A stretch of DNA of 64,000 bases from Candidatus Uhrbacteria bacterium (GCA_016205975.1 JACQSK010000015.1:10624-74623), one strand, 5' to 3'; counted from the first letter of the stretch, positions 18,016 through 27,952 are shown. Notes: generated by a model not told the origin, from the letters alone. Translations and numbers: made by a program.

Positions 18016-18441
18016 ATGGAAGAGGTACTGACCAAACCGTTCTACGTCGTCCGTGTTTCGGCCGATGCGAAGTTCGTTCTCGTAGCGCAGTATGCGAAGG
18101 GCACTCCGCTCAAGGAGCGAACCTACTACCGTTGCACGTATGCGGACAACAGGTTCCGTAGGTGCACCTGGGAAGCCGCTCTGCAGTCAAGCAGCGGGAT
18201 CGCCAGCGGGATGGGCTACGGGGAGTTGCCGGACGCTCCGTTCGATTCGATGAAAGCCGTCCGTGCTTGGAGGACGCGCGCGCGACTGGTGGCGCAGATC
18301 GCGTCGTGCCGGGAGATCATCGGGTTCTACGAGGGTGAGCCTCGCACGCAAGCCCAGATGCGAGCCCGGGTCAAGTCTCTCGAAAAGAAACTCGCGAAGC
18401 TGGACGCGCAGGCGGCGGCCCATTCTCCCCTCGGATCCTGA
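18016..18441 (+). CDS. Hypothetical protein
   Basis: AAGGAG SD before ATG 18016; C-terminal coiled-coil-like segment; no recognisable family. Confidence 0.65.
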   Translation: MEEVLTKPFYVVRVSADAKFVLVAQYAKGTPLKERTYYRCTYADNRFRRCTWEAALQSSSGIASGMGYGELPDAPFDSMKAVRAWRTRARLVAQIASCREIIGFYEGEPRTQAQMRARVKSLEKKLAKLDAQAAAHSPLGS

Positions 18442-18537
18442 CCCGCGAGTTCAAACGAGCAACCACGCACTGGTTGCTTTTTTATGACAGCATCGGTCTT
18501 GCCCGATGCGCTCGGGAAGGATAGAGTGTCACACGAT

Positions 18538-19845
18538 ATGTCCGACGTTTTCAAAATTACGGGCGGCGCGCCGCTCAAGGGAGAGATGGCGGTTTCGGGC
18601 GCGAAGAACGCGGCGTCTAAAATGATGATCGCTTCGCTCCTCACCGACGAGCCTGTCGTGCTCACGAACGTTCCGCGCCAGCAGGAGACGGAGATCACCC
18701 ATGAGATCATTTCAACCGTCGGCGCCAAGGGGCACTGGCAGGACGAACATACGCTGGTTGTGCGCACGTCGTCGATCGCGTCCAATCACGTGGCCGAGCT
18801 CAGCCGCAAGAACAGGATCAGCGTGCTGGCGATCGCGCCTCTCTTGCATCGCACGGGCGAGGCGTTCGTGCCGCTCTTGGGCGGCGACAAGATCGGCGCG
18901 CGACCAGTCAACTTTCACATCCAGGCGCTCCAGACTCTGGGCGCCGTGATCGAAGAAACGCCTGACGGTTACCGCGCCACCTCGAAGGGGAGGCTCAGGG
19001 GCGGGCTGATCGAGTTTCCGTATCCGTCGGTGATGGCGACCGAGACCGCGATTCTCGGGGGCGTACTGGCTGAAGGCCGCACCGTCATTCGCAACGCCGC
19101 GGGCGAGCCGGAGGTGAAGGCGCTCATCATGATGCTGCAGAACATGGGCGCGATCATCCAGATCAACTCTGGGCGCTTGATTGAAATCATCGGCGTGGAA
19201 AAATTGCATGGCACCAGCGCGCGCATCATGCCCGACCGCATCGAGGCGGCTTCCTACGGCGCGATGGCCGTGGGCACGCGCGGCGAGATTTTTGTGCGCG
19301 GGGCAGAGCACGAGCACATGATCACGTTTTTGAATGCCGTGCGAAAAATTGGCGGCAGCTACGAAGTGCAGACGGACGGCATTGTGTTTCGCGGAGCAGA
19401 ATCGTTGAAAGGCATCGAGCTGGAGACAGACACGCATCCGGGATTTATGACCGACTGGCAACAGCCGTTTGTGGTGTGCCTGACTCAAGCGCGCGGCACG
19501 AGCGTCGTGCACGAGACGGTCTATGAGGAACGCTTCGGCTACACGAGCGCCCTCAAAAACATGGGCGCAGATATCACCCTCTTCAGCAACTGCCTGGGCG
19601 AGATGGCTTGCCGCTTCCGCGGGCAAAATTATAAACACTCGGCCGTGATTACGGGACCGGCCAAACTTCGCGCGGCCGAAGTCGAAGTCCCCGACATCCG
19701 TGCCGGCCTCGCCTTTGTGGTCGCGGCGCTCGTCGCAGAAGGGACGTCCACCCTTACCGGTATTCATCATCTCGAACGCGGGTACGAGCGGCTGGAGGAG
19801 AAATTGAAAGGCGTTGGCGCGAGGATTGAACGCGTGGTAGAGTAA
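18538..19845 (+). CDS. murA: UDP-N-acetylglucosamine 1-carboxyvinyltransferase (Asp at the catalytic Cys position)
   Basis: SGAKNA, LGGDKIGARPVNFH, PSVMATE, PDRIEA, HPGFMTDWQ, ETVYEERF, DIRAG, ERGYE. Confidence 0.95.
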   Translation: MSDVFKITGGAPLKGEMAVSGAKNAASKMMIASLLTDEPVVLTNVPRQQETEITHEIISTVGAKGHWQDEHTLVVRTSSIASNHVAELSRKNRISVLAIAPLLHRTGEAFVPLLGGDKIGARPVNFHIQALQTLGAVIEETPDGYRATSKGRLRGGLIEFPYPSVMATETAILGGVLAEGRTVIRNAAGEPEVKALIMMLQNMGAIIQINSGRLIEIIGVEKLHGTSARIMPDRIEAASYGAMAVGTRGEIFVRGAEHEHMITFLNAVRKIGGSYEVQTDGIVFRGAESLKGIELETDTHPGFMTDWQQPFVVCLTQARGTSVVHETVYEERFGYTSALKNMGADITLFSNCLGEMACRFRGQNYKHSAVITGPAKLRAAEVEVPDIRAGLAFVVAALVAEGTSTLTGIHHLERGYERLEEKLKGVGARIERVVE

Positions 19846-19864
19846 CAGCACTAACCTTATTTTT

Positions 19865-20413
19865 ATGGCAAAAGGCGATACAAGAGGGACTCATGATTTT
19901 TATTCTGGGCGCTTGAACGAACGGGACGTCTTGGGAGAGTTTAGGGGCACGTCTGAGTATGGGGCGGCTTTCCGTGAAGCGGCGAACGAGCGAGGGTATG
20001 TGACCTACGACAGAGCCATGGAGCTGGTGCGCCGGTACAGCTCAGAGGATCCTCTCAATCCCAAAAAGCCGTTTGCCCGAGAGCTGCGCTTGGCCGTTTT
20101 GGATGAACTCGGTTTTGAAGAGGATGCGGACACGGATCGCGTGAAGTTTTATTCAGCCGTCGGAACGCCGCTGGACGTGTTTCACGGCGTGGACGCTTGG
20201 ATCGAGCTCGTGACGCAAAGGGGGAGACGCCATGCCGTGACGCTGGACGTCACGATGAATCCTGGCAAAGAAACTCACAAAGCGGACGTGATCGTCCAGG
20301 CCATTCCTGATCCCAGTGAAGATGAAAAAGGATTCCTCGACGCGGTCTACCAGATCTACGGCCCTGAGGTGGCGCAGAGACTTCGGGATGCAGAAATTCA
20401 AAAAAGCGCTTAG
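19865..20413 (+). CDS. Hypothetical protein
   Basis: 182 aa ORF with T-ATG start, followed by the palindrome AAAAAAGCGCT-T-AGCGCTTTTTT. Confidence 0.75.
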   Translation: MAKGDTRGTHDFYSGRLNERDVLGEFRGTSEYGAAFREAANERGYVTYDRAMELVRRYSSEDPLNPKKPFARELRLAVLDELGFEEDADTDRVKFYSAVGTPLDVFHGVDAWIELVTQRGRRHAVTLDVTMNPGKETHKADVIVQAIPDPSEDEKGFLDAVYQIYGPEVAQRLRDAEIQKSA

Positions 20414-20477
20414 CGCTTTTTTTGGTAGGAGCCATTGACAAAGGTCTTCGATTCAATTATGGTCTCGCGTCATTGCC

Positions 20478-20822
20478 GTGGAGGTCGACATGGGACGAAT
20501 GATCCGCTCAGGGCGGCGAGCGCAGGCTCCTCCGCTGTGCTCGGTGTGCGATGCGCGAGGGAAGCAGGAGCCGATCCTGTTGTGCGTGGATTGTGCGCAT
20601 CCGGATCGGGTGCGGACCTACTGCGCCGCTTGCCATGGGCGTTTGGACTTGTCGCTCGGGCAGGCACAGGAATTGTTTCTGCGCGCCGGACTCACGGTGC
20701 GACGGACTGGAGTCGTCTTCTTCTATGCGGACGGCTGTCCGGAGTGTTGCCCGGACGCAGGGTCGGACCCGGACGTCTATGTACTCAATACGGAGGAAGA
20801 ACTTCTCGACGGCGCCGCGTAG
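20478..20822 (+). CDS. Small Cys-rich (putative Zn-binding) protein
   Basis: Four CxxC motifs (CSVC, CVDC, CAAC, CPEC); GGAGG before ATG 20490; TTGACA upstream. Confidence 0.6.
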   Translation: MEVDMGRMIRSGRRAQAPPLCSVCDARGKQEPILLCVDCAHPDRVRTYCAACHGRLDLSLGQAQELFLRAGLTVRRTGVVFFYADGCPECCPDAGSDPDVYVLNTEEELLDGAA

Positions 20823-20873
20823 CCTGAGGCTGCGCGGTTTTTTTGTTTCATGCTAAACTATAGTCATCACACT

Positions 20874-21557
20874 ATGTTTCTCAACCTTTTTTTCGGCGCG
20901 CCGGCGGTCGGACTTGCGTGGCTTGTGGCCATTCTCTTGTCGCTGACGATTCATGAGTTTTCCCACGCGGCCGTAGGCAAGCTCGTCGGAGACAAGACGG
21001 CCGAGCGGGAAGGGCGGCTCACGCTCAATCCTGTCGCGCACATTGATCCCATGGGATTCATCTTGCTCTTGTTGTTTGGGTTCGGCTGGGCCAAGCCCGT
21101 GCCGTACAACCCCTACAACCTCAAGGACCCGAAGTGGGACTCGGTAAAGATTGCGCTGGCGGGTCCGCTCTCGAATCTCGCGGTTGCGGTGGTGGCGGGC
21201 GTGATGTTCCGTCTGTTGGTTGGCGGCGGCGCAATCGAGAGCTTAAATCTGCTCGCGGTTTTTTTGTTCCTGACGATTCTCCTCAATCTGTTCCTTCTGT
21301 TCTTCAATGTGATTCCCGTGCACCCGCTGGATGGTTCCAAACTTTTTTTCGCGCTGTTTGATCAGCCAAAGCATGCCGCCCTGCGCGCGGCTGTTGCCCA
21401 GCAGGGCCCGCGCGTGCTCATGATCGCGGTTCTCCTCTCCGCCTTCACCTCGCTCAACGTCTTCTTTTTTGTGAGCGGCCCGGCATTCGTGACCTGCAAC
21501 GCGCTGCTTGGCCAAAGCTGCGGCGGCTACTTTTCGTCGATTTTTTCCTTACTCTAA
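20874..21557 (+). CDS. Site-2 protease (M50) family membrane metalloprotease
   Basis: HEFSH, GRLTLNPVAHIDP, GWAKPVP, AGPLSN, FNVIPVHPLDG. Confidence 0.93.
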   Translation: MFLNLFFGAPAVGLAWLVAILLSLTIHEFSHAAVGKLVGDKTAEREGRLTLNPVAHIDPMGFILLLLFGFGWAKPVPYNPYNLKDPKWDSVKIALAGPLSNLAVAVVAGVMFRLLVGGGAIESLNLLAVFLFLTILLNLFLLFFNVIPVHPLDGSKLFFALFDQPKHAALRAAVAQQGPRVLMIAVLLSAFTSLNVFFFVSGPAFVTCNALLGQSCGGYFSSIFSLL

Positions 21558-21624
21558 CGCCCCTAAAGGGGCTTTGGACTCAGCTTCAGTTCAGCCTCAA
21601 TTCAAAGGGCCTTTAGGCCCGTTC
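21556..21624. repeat. REP/REPIN-like palindrome doublet, copy 1
   Basis: AACGCCCCTAAAGGGGCTTT...AAAGGGCCTTTAGGCCCGTT; inverted copy at 57900-57959. Confidence 0.8.
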
Positions 21625-21626
21625 CT

Positions 21627-22004
21627 GTGAACTCCGACGACCCAAAACACAACCTCACCCCTGCGCAATACAACATCTGTTTCCTCAAGGGAACCGAGCC
21701 GCCGTTCTCGGGCAAGTATGACGATTTCCATGAGGACGGGATGTACGTCTGCGTTGCCTGTGGCACGCCGCTGTTTTCGTCGGAGGCAAAATTTGATTCC
21801 GGCACGGGCTGGCCGAGTTTTACTGACGTTGTGCAGAAGGGGAACGTGAAGCTCGTCGAGGACTCCACTCTCGGGATGCGTCGCACCGAAGTCCAGTGCG
21901 CCACGTGCGGCGCGCACATGGGTCATGTGTTCGACGACGGCCTCGCGCCCACAGGCAAGCGGTACTGCATCAATTCCCTCGCGCTTGATTTTCAGAAAAA
22001 ATAA
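21627..22004 (+). CDS. msrB: Peptide-methionine (R)-S-oxide reductase
   Basis: GTEPPFSG, YVCVACG, KFDSGTGWPSF, HMGHVFDDG, RYCINS; start uncertain. Confidence 0.95.
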   Translation: MNSDDPKHNLTPAQYNICFLKGTEPPFSGKYDDFHEDGMYVCVACGTPLFSSEAKFDSGTGWPSFTDVVQKGNVKLVEDSTLGMRRTEVQCATCGAHMGHVFDDGLAPTGKRYCINSLALDFQKK

Positions 22005-22073
22005 ATGGTATCCATTCATGCGAAAAGAAAAAGCCCTCGACTCTGTCGAAGGGCATGAGGGCGTCCGTGGACG

Positions 22074-22931
22074 CTAGCGGGGCGCGAGCCAGGAGCGCAG
22101 GTTCGCCGTGACGCTGTCCGCGCGCTGGATGAACGCCTCGGCGATCACGGGAGCGCGCTCGCGCAGGAGGTCATTGCCGGCCTCCTCCATGAGCTGCACG
22201 CACAGGTCGAAGAACGGGTGGGCGTGGGTGATCCCCGCGCTCAGGAGGAACTCGTTCGCGCGCAGCGGCGGGGCGTTGATCAGGGAGAGGATCTCGGCAT
22301 GCAGCTTCGTGCTCTCGTCATCGCGCAGTGCACAGCCATGAGCCTTGAGCTCTTGGATCGCGCGATCGAGTGCCGTCGCGAGACCTTCCTTGGCTCCAGG
22401 CGCTTGCATCGAGGACGGCATCTGGACGTGCCTGGGACAGCGCACCACCAAGCGCAACTCGCGCGGGTCGATCGTCTGGCCGTCGTGCACCATCCTGAGC
22501 AGCTTCGCGTGCACGCCGCGGTCGACGGCGTCCTGGAGTTGTGCCCGGGTGGGCAGCGCGCGTAGCAGATCCTCGAGCTCTTCGAACACGACGCCCAGGT
22601 CGCGGCGCATCAGGCTGAAGAGGAATCGCGCGGCATCCTTGTCCTGTGCGAGCGTCACCAGGTCGCCGAACTGGTGCACCTTCCAGATGTAGGAGCCGGG
22701 CACCTTGGGCGCCGGGTTTTCTTTCAGGCGCTCGCGCAGAACCGCGGTGAGCGGGCCGTCGTTGCCGTCGCTGGGCACGAGGAAGAGCTGCGGGTCTTCA
22801 CCGTCCTTGATCTGCAGACGCACGGTCAGGACCGGGTCGCTGGGATCGGTGAGGCCGGAGTGCGCGAGCAGGGCAGGGGAAATGAGACTCAGCATGGGCT
22901 GGCTCCTGTGGAAGTTCCAGTTGAATGACAC
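22074..22931 (-). CDS. Hypothetical protein (start may be ATG near 22894)
   Basis: 285-codon GC-rich ORF with a hairpin terminator downstream (22030-22055); no recognisable family. Confidence 0.65.
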   Translation of the reverse strand: MSFNWNFHRSQPMLSLISPALLAHSGLTDPSDPVLTVRLQIKDGEDPQLFLVPSDGNDGPLTAVLRERLKENPAPKVPGSYIWKVHQFGDLVTLAQDKDAARFLFSLMRRDLGVVFEELEDLLRALPTRAQLQDAVDRGVHAKLLRMVHDGQTIDPRELRLVVRCPRHVQMPSSMQAPGAKEGLATALDRAIQELKAHGCALRDDESTKLHAEILSLINAPPLRANEFLLSAGITHAHPFFDLCVQLMEEAGNDLLRERAPVIAEAFIQRADSVTANLRSWLAPR

Positions 22932-23111
22932 GCCTCAGGATAAGGCCAAGTCGAGGTCAGGGTAGCCAAAACCTCGAAAGACGTCAAGATCACCACTCAG
23001 TGTTATCCTCACTTCCATTCCACCATTCTTGACCTTTTTTGACTCTCCGTGATAATCTCCAGGCGCTTTTCTTTTCGACTCCTTATTTCCAACCTCCAAC
23101 AACCACTATTT

Positions 23112-23540
23112 ATGCCAACCGTAAACCAACTCATCCGAAAAGGACGACACCCTAAGTCGTACAAGAGTAAGTCGCCAGCGCTGCAATATACGCTCGACTC
23201 TTTGCATCGCAAGCGCACCCCGCTTGCCCATGGCAGCTCTTTCAAGCGCGGCGTGTGCGTGAAGGTGACGACCATGACGCCAAAGAAACCGAACTCCGCC
23301 ATCCGCAAAATCGCGCGCGTGCGCCTTTCCAACGGCACGGAAGTTAACGCGTACATTCCCGGTGAGGGACATAACCTCCAAGAGCACTCCATCGTGATGC
23401 TCCGCGGCGGGCGCGTGAAAGATTTGCCTGGCGTGCGCTATCACATCGTGCGCGGCGTGTTCGACACCCAAGGCGTGGACGGCCGCCGTCGCGGTCGGTC
23501 GAAGTATGGCATGAAGAAGCCGAAGGAGAAGAAAAAATAG
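23112..23540 (+). CDS. rpsL: 30S ribosomal protein S12
   Basis: [42 protein letters not shown]. Confidence 0.98.
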   Translation: MPTVNQLIRKGRHPKSYKSKSPALQYTLDSLHRKRTPLAHGSSFKRGVCVKVTTMTPKKPNSAIRKIARVRLSNGTEVNAYIPGEGHNLQEHSIVMLRGGRVKDLPGVRYHIVRGVFDTQGVDGRRRGRSKYGMKKPKEKKK

Positions 23541-23550
23541 CAGAGATCTC

Positions 23551-23606
23551 AGTAGCAAGTAGCTAGTAGTTGGAAGCAAGTATACTTGCTACACGCTACT
23601 AACTAC
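23551..23606. repeat. Heptamer tandem-repeat hairpin between rpsL and rpsG
   Basis: AGTAGCA AGTAGCT AGTAGTT GGAAGCA AGTATAC TTGCTAC ACGCTAC TAACTAC; central perfect palindrome AGCAAGTATACTTGCT. Confidence 0.75.
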
Positions 23607-23686
23607 CGACGACCTTATTTATTAACATCAACCGTCGGAGTACCTCACGCATGGGGGAAGCCAACCGATGAGATAACGTCAAAATT

Positions 23687-24157
23687 ATGCGAGGTAAGCA
23701 AGCGCCAAAGCGGGAGATCGATCCCGACCCGAAGTTCGGAAACATTCATGTCGCCAAATTGATTAACAGCATCATGCACGACGGAAAGAAATCCGTCGCG
23801 CGTTCGGTTGTCTACGACGCCTTTGATCTGATGGCCGAGAAGACGAAACTCGAACCGCTCGAGGTCTTCGAGCGCGCCATCAAGAACGTCATGCCCAGCT
23901 TGGAAGTGAAGAGCCGCCGCGTGGGCGGAGCCAACTACCAGGTGCCAATGTCCGTGCGCGGCGAGCGCCGGTATCTGTTGTCGTTCCGTTGGATCATCAC
24001 CGCCGCGCGTTCCAAGAAAGGCCGTGGGATGGCGGAACGCCTGTCCGATGAACTCGTCGCCGCTTCCAATAACGAAGGCGATGCGGTGAAAAAGAAACTC
24101 GACGTGCAGCGCATGGCAGAAGCCAACCGCGCGTTTGCTCATTTTGCTAAGCGCTAG
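23687..24157 (+). CDS. rpsG: 30S ribosomal protein S7
   Basis: [33 protein letters not shown]. Confidence 0.98.
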   Translation: MRGKQAPKREIDPDPKFGNIHVAKLINSIMHDGKKSVARSVVYDAFDLMAEKTKLEPLEVFERAIKNVMPSLEVKSRRVGGANYQVPMSVRGERRYLLSFRWIITAARSKKGRGMAERLSDELVAASNNEGDAVKKKLDVQRMAEANRAFAHFAKR

Positions 24158-24160
24158 CCT

Positions 24161-26254
24161 ATGCCACGAGAATATCCGCTTGCCGCCACAAGGAACTTTG
24201 GAATCTTCGCGCATATCGACGCGGGGAAGACGACCGTGTCTGAGCGCATTCTTTTTTACACGGGAAAAAAGCACAAGATCGGCGAGGTACACGAAGGCGC
24301 CGCCACCATGGACTGGATGGAACAGGAGCGCGAGCGCGGCATCACCATCACCGCGGCGGCGACGACCTGCTTTTGGAAAGACCATCGCTTGAACCTGATC
24401 GATACGCCTGGGCACATTGACTTTACCGTTGAGGTGAAGCGCTCCATGCGCGTGCTGGATGGCGGCGTGGCTGTGTTCGACGGCGTCGCGGGCGTGGAAC
24501 CGCAGTCGGAAACCAACTGGCGCTACGCGGACGACTTCAAGGTCCCGCGCATTGCCTTTGTGAACAAGCTCGACCGCACGGGCGCAGATTTTTATAAGGA
24601 CCTCGACTCCATCCACCGCCGACTGACCAAAAATGCGCATCCGATCCAGCTTCCCATAGGCACAGAAGCAAACTTTGCCGGCGTGATTGACTTGCTGCAC
24701 ATGAAGGCGCACATCTACAAAGATGATTTGGGGAAAGACGTGGAGGTCGGGGAGATTCCCGCCGAGTACCTGGACCGCGCCAAGGAATATCGCGCCAAGC
24801 TCGTGGAGGCCGTTGCCGAGAACGACGAGGCGCTCATGAACAAGTATGTGGGTGGCGAGGAGATCAGCATTGAAGAGATGAAGCCGGTGATCCGCAAGGC
24901 AACCATTGCCAACACATTCGTGCCGGTCATGTGCGGTTCGGCTTTGAAGAACAAAGGCGTGCAGCTCTTGCTCGATGCCGTCGTGGACTATCTGCCCAAT
25001 CCGCTGGAGGTGCCTCCTGTGATCGGACATGATCCAGACGACATGGAGAAAGAACTCGTGCGCCATGCCTCTGACGAAGAGCCGTTTTCGGCGCTCGCCT
25101 TCAAGATCGCGGCAGACCCGTTCGTAGGTAAGCTCGCGTTCTTTCGCGTGTACTCCGGCATGGTCAAGGCGGGTTCGTATATTTTGAACTCCTCCACGGG
25201 AAACAAGGAACGCGTCGGCCGCATCGTGCGCCTGCACGCCAACACGCGCGAGGAAGTGGGAGAGGTCTATGCCGGGGAGATCGCCGCCATGGTGGGCTTG
25301 AAGGAAACCTTCACCGGTCACACGCTGTGCGATCCAGATCACCCAATCGTGCTGGAGGCGATCAGCTTTCCCGAGCCGGTTATTTCCATTGCGATTGAAC
25401 CCAAGACCAAAGCCGACCAGGAAAAGATGGCCATCGCCCTGCAGAAGTTGTCTGAGGAAGATCCGACGTTCCGCGTGCGGACGGATGAGGAGACCAACCA
25501 GGTCATCATCTCGGGCATGGGCGAGCTGCACTTGGATATTATCGTCGATCGCATGAAGCGCGAGTTTTCGGTCGAGTGCAACGTCGGCCAGCCGCAGGTC
25601 AGCTACCGTGAGACCGTGAAAGGAAGCGCGGAAGGGGAAGGCAAGTACATCCGTCAGACCGGCGGGCGAGGACAGTATGGCCACTGTTTGGTGCGTATTG
25701 AAAAGCTGCCGCCTGGTTCCGGCGTCCAGTTTGAAGAGGAGGTCAAGGGCGGCACGATTCCTCGCGAGTACTTCAACCCGATCGAGAAAGGCATTCGCGA
25801 GGCGGCTGATCGCGGGGTCATGGCCGGGTATCCTCTGCTGGATTTGAAAGTGACGCTCACCGACGGGTCCTACCACGAGGTTGACTCCTCAGAAGCGGCC
25901 TTCAAGATCGCCGGGTCCATGGCGTTCCAGGACGCGGCAAAGAAAGCCGGCGTGGATCTCTTGGAGCCGATGATGAAAGCGGAAGTGTCCACGCCAGAGG
26001 ACTTCATGGGATCGGTCGTGGGAGATTTGAATGCCAAGCGCGGACAGATTCAAGAGATGTCGGACCGCAGCGGCGCCAAGATCATCACCGCGTTCGTGCC
26101 ACTGGCTGAGATGTTCGGCTATGCGACGAGCTTGCGCTCGATGACGCAGGGCCGTGCCAGCTATTCGATGGAGTTTGATCATTACGATGTGGTGCCTGGG
26201 AACGTCGCGAAAGAGATCGTTGAGAAACGCGGAAGCGGACCCACGCGAGCGTAA
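24161..26254 (+). CDS. fusA: Elongation factor G
   Basis: [41 protein letters not shown]. Confidence 0.98.
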   Translation: MPREYPLAATRNFGIFAHIDAGKTTVSERILFYTGKKHKIGEVHEGAATMDWMEQERERGITITAAATTCFWKDHRLNLIDTPGHIDFTVEVKRSMRVLDGGVAVFDGVAGVEPQSETNWRYADDFKVPRIAFVNKLDRTGADFYKDLDSIHRRLTKNAHPIQLPIGTEANFAGVIDLLHMKAHIYKDDLGKDVEVGEIPAEYLDRAKEYRAKLVEAVAENDEALMNKYVGGEEISIEEMKPVIRKATIANTFVPVMCGSALKNKGVQLLLDAVVDYLPNPLEVPPVIGHDPDDMEKELVRHASDEEPFSALAFKIAADPFVGKLAFFRVYSGMVKAGSYILNSSTGNKERVGRIVRLHANTREEVGEVYAGEIAAMVGLKETFTGHTLCDPDHPIVLEAISFPEPVISIAIEPKTKADQEKMAIALQKLSEEDPTFRVRTDEETNQVIISGMGELHLDIIVDRMKREFSVECNVGQPQVSYRETVKGSAEGEGKYIRQTGGRGQYGHCLVRIEKLPPGSGVQFEEEVKGGTIPREYFNPIEKGIREAADRGVMAGYPLLDLKVTLTDGSYHEVDSSEAAFKIAGSMAFQDAAKKAGVDLLEPMMKAEVSTPEDFMGSVVGDLNAKRGQIQEMSDRSGAKIITAFVPLAEMFGYATSLRSMTQGRASYSMEFDHYDVVPGNVAKEIVEKRGSGPTRA

Positions 26255-26259
26255 AATAC

Positions 26260-26284
26260 AAAACAGAGCTTCGGCTCTGTTTTT
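26260..26284 (+). terminator. Intrinsic terminator after fusA
   Basis: AAAACAGAGC-TTCG-GCTCTGTTTTT (UUCG tetraloop). Confidence 0.85.
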
Positions 26285-26308
26285 GGTTGTGCTAAAATCT
26301 ACCCGTCT

Positions 26309-27340
26309 ATGAAAACTGTTCCGAAAAGCGTCCTTGGCGCCTACGCGATTGGGGCCGTCCAGTCGATCACGCAGGTGACGGCAGGGCTGGTCCACGAGAC
26401 GTTCGCGGTCAAGACCGATCAGGGACGCTACATCATCCAAAAACTCCATCCAGTGCTCGCGAGCAAAGCGATCGGAGAGGACTTCTTCGCCGTGACCGAG
26501 TTTTTGCGATCGCAGAAATTCTTGTCGCCTGTGTGCGTCCGCACAAAAAAGGGAGAGGTGCTTTCCGTGGACCAGACAGACGTCTGGCGGATGCAGACGC
26601 TGTTGCCTGGACGGACGATTCACGTAATCGAGAGTCTTATCATGGCTCGAGAGGCTGGGCAGATCTATGCCAGGTTCCACAAAGTCATGGACAAGATGGA
26701 CTATCGGTTTAAGTCAAAGAAGATTTTGCACGAGACGGAGAAGGTGTACGAGGCACTAGGGAAGGCGACAAAGGGGGCAGAGGGCGCAAAGGGAGCTGAG
26801 GTCGCACAGGAGGTTGCGTTCATCCGTCGGAATCTGCCGGAGTTTTTCCTACCTGCGGATCTCCCGCTGCGCGTCATCCATGGTGATCCAAAGATTTCCA
26901 ATATTTTGTTTGACCGCCACGGCAGGGCCAAGGCCATTATTGATCTTGATACCTGCAATCGTCGTCCGCTCCTTGTAGAACTTGGGGACGCGTTCCGTTC
27001 GTGGTGCGGTGGGCGAGAGGACGATCCGAGCAATACGTTCTCGCTTTCACGATTCCGCGCTGCGTGGAAGGGCTATGAGGCTGGCGCACAGGGATTTCTG
27101 ACCCGACGCGAGCGTCAGCTCGTGCCCCGCGCGATCGGTACGATTACGCTTGAGCTCGCTGCACGCTTCCTTACCGATTACTTTACCGACAACTACTTCG
27201 GTTGGGATGCCTCTCGTTATCCGTCTCGAGCTTCTCATAATCTCGCACGAGCCCGCGGCCAAATCGCAGAGTTTAAGGATTATCAAAAGAAGCTTCCGCA
27301 GATCAAGAAGATCGTGGAAGTACAGCCCACGGTAAGATGA
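26309..27340 (+). CDS. APH/choline-kinase-like phosphotransferase (NahK-like)
   Basis: Brenner motif IHGDPKISNILFD, IIDLDT, ELAARFLTDY, HNLARARGQ. Confidence 0.85.
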   Translation: MKTVPKSVLGAYAIGAVQSITQVTAGLVHETFAVKTDQGRYIIQKLHPVLASKAIGEDFFAVTEFLRSQKFLSPVCVRTKKGEVLSVDQTDVWRMQTLLPGRTIHVIESLIMAREAGQIYARFHKVMDKMDYRFKSKKILHETEKVYEALGKATKGAEGAKGAEVAQEVAFIRRNLPEFFLPADLPLRVIHGDPKISNILFDRHGRAKAIIDLDTCNRRPLLVELGDAFRSWCGGREDDPSNTFSLSRFRAAWKGYEAGAQGFLTRRERQLVPRAIGTITLELAARFLTDYFTDNYFGWDASRYPSRASHNLARARGQIAEFKDYQKKLPQIKKIVEVQPTVR

Positions 27341-27418
27341 ATATCTACACGTGCGGTTAATGTTGACGGTAGGTGAAAGATATCGTATGATAATTTCATA
27401 CTTAATCATCACTACCCT

Positions 27419-27640
27419 ATGTCCACCATCTCCGTGCCGCTTACAGGACCTCTCGAGCAGTTTATCGATGACATGATTCGTCGGGGGGCTGCGCCTAATA
27501 AAGCCGAAGTTGTCCGACAGGCGCTTGTTCGTTTTGCAGAGGATCAGGCGGTTGAGGCGGTTCTTCGTTCTGAACAAGAAGCGCGAGATGGAAAAGTTTT
27601 GCGCGGCGATTTACGTGACCTCATAAAACAGGTGACGTAG
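27419..27640 (+). CDS. Ribbon-helix-helix (ParD-like) antitoxin
   Basis: STISVPL...FIDDMIRRG..NKAEVVRQAL; promoter TTGACG(27363)-17 bp-TATGAT. Confidence 0.8.
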   Translation: MSTISVPLTGPLEQFIDDMIRRGAAPNKAEVVRQALVRFAEDQAVEAVLRSEQEARDGKVLRGDLRDLIKQVT

Positions 27641-27644
27641 ACTT

Positions 27645-27908
27645 ATGGACGTTTCCTACACGCCGTCCTTTATTCGCATGTTGAAATCGCTCCCAGACGT
27701 ACTGATTGATGAAGCGTTAGAGAAAATAGCATTGTTTCGAGATCCGACGAACCACAAACAACTGAAAGTTCACAAGCTCAGTGGTCGCTTGAAAGGTCGT
27801 TACAGTTTTTCCGTGAACTACAAAATTCGAATCGTTTTTAATTATCTCCCTACAGATCCTAAACAAGCACGACTCGACGCGATAGGTGATCATCGTGTTT
27901 ATGATTAG
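27645..27908 (+). CDS. RelE/YafQ-family toxin
   Basis: YTPSFIRMLKSL...LKVHKLSGRL..YSFSVNYKIRIVF...IGDHRVY. Confidence 0.87.
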   Translation: MDVSYTPSFIRMLKSLPDVLIDEALEKIALFRDPTNHKQLKVHKLSGRLKGRYSFSVNYKIRIVFNYLPTDPKQARLDAIGDHRVYD

Positions 27909-27952
27909 GATGAGTCTCCAAACACAACTCTGCAAATGCGGTGCGATGTGAT

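Noticed and set aside
23645-25876. 743-aa minus-strand ORF, and similar long antisense ORFs (10327-11802, 18712-19851, 28046-29128, 43720-44589)
   Set aside because: Shadow frames opposite conserved genes, expected from GC-rich codon bias; no motifs of their own
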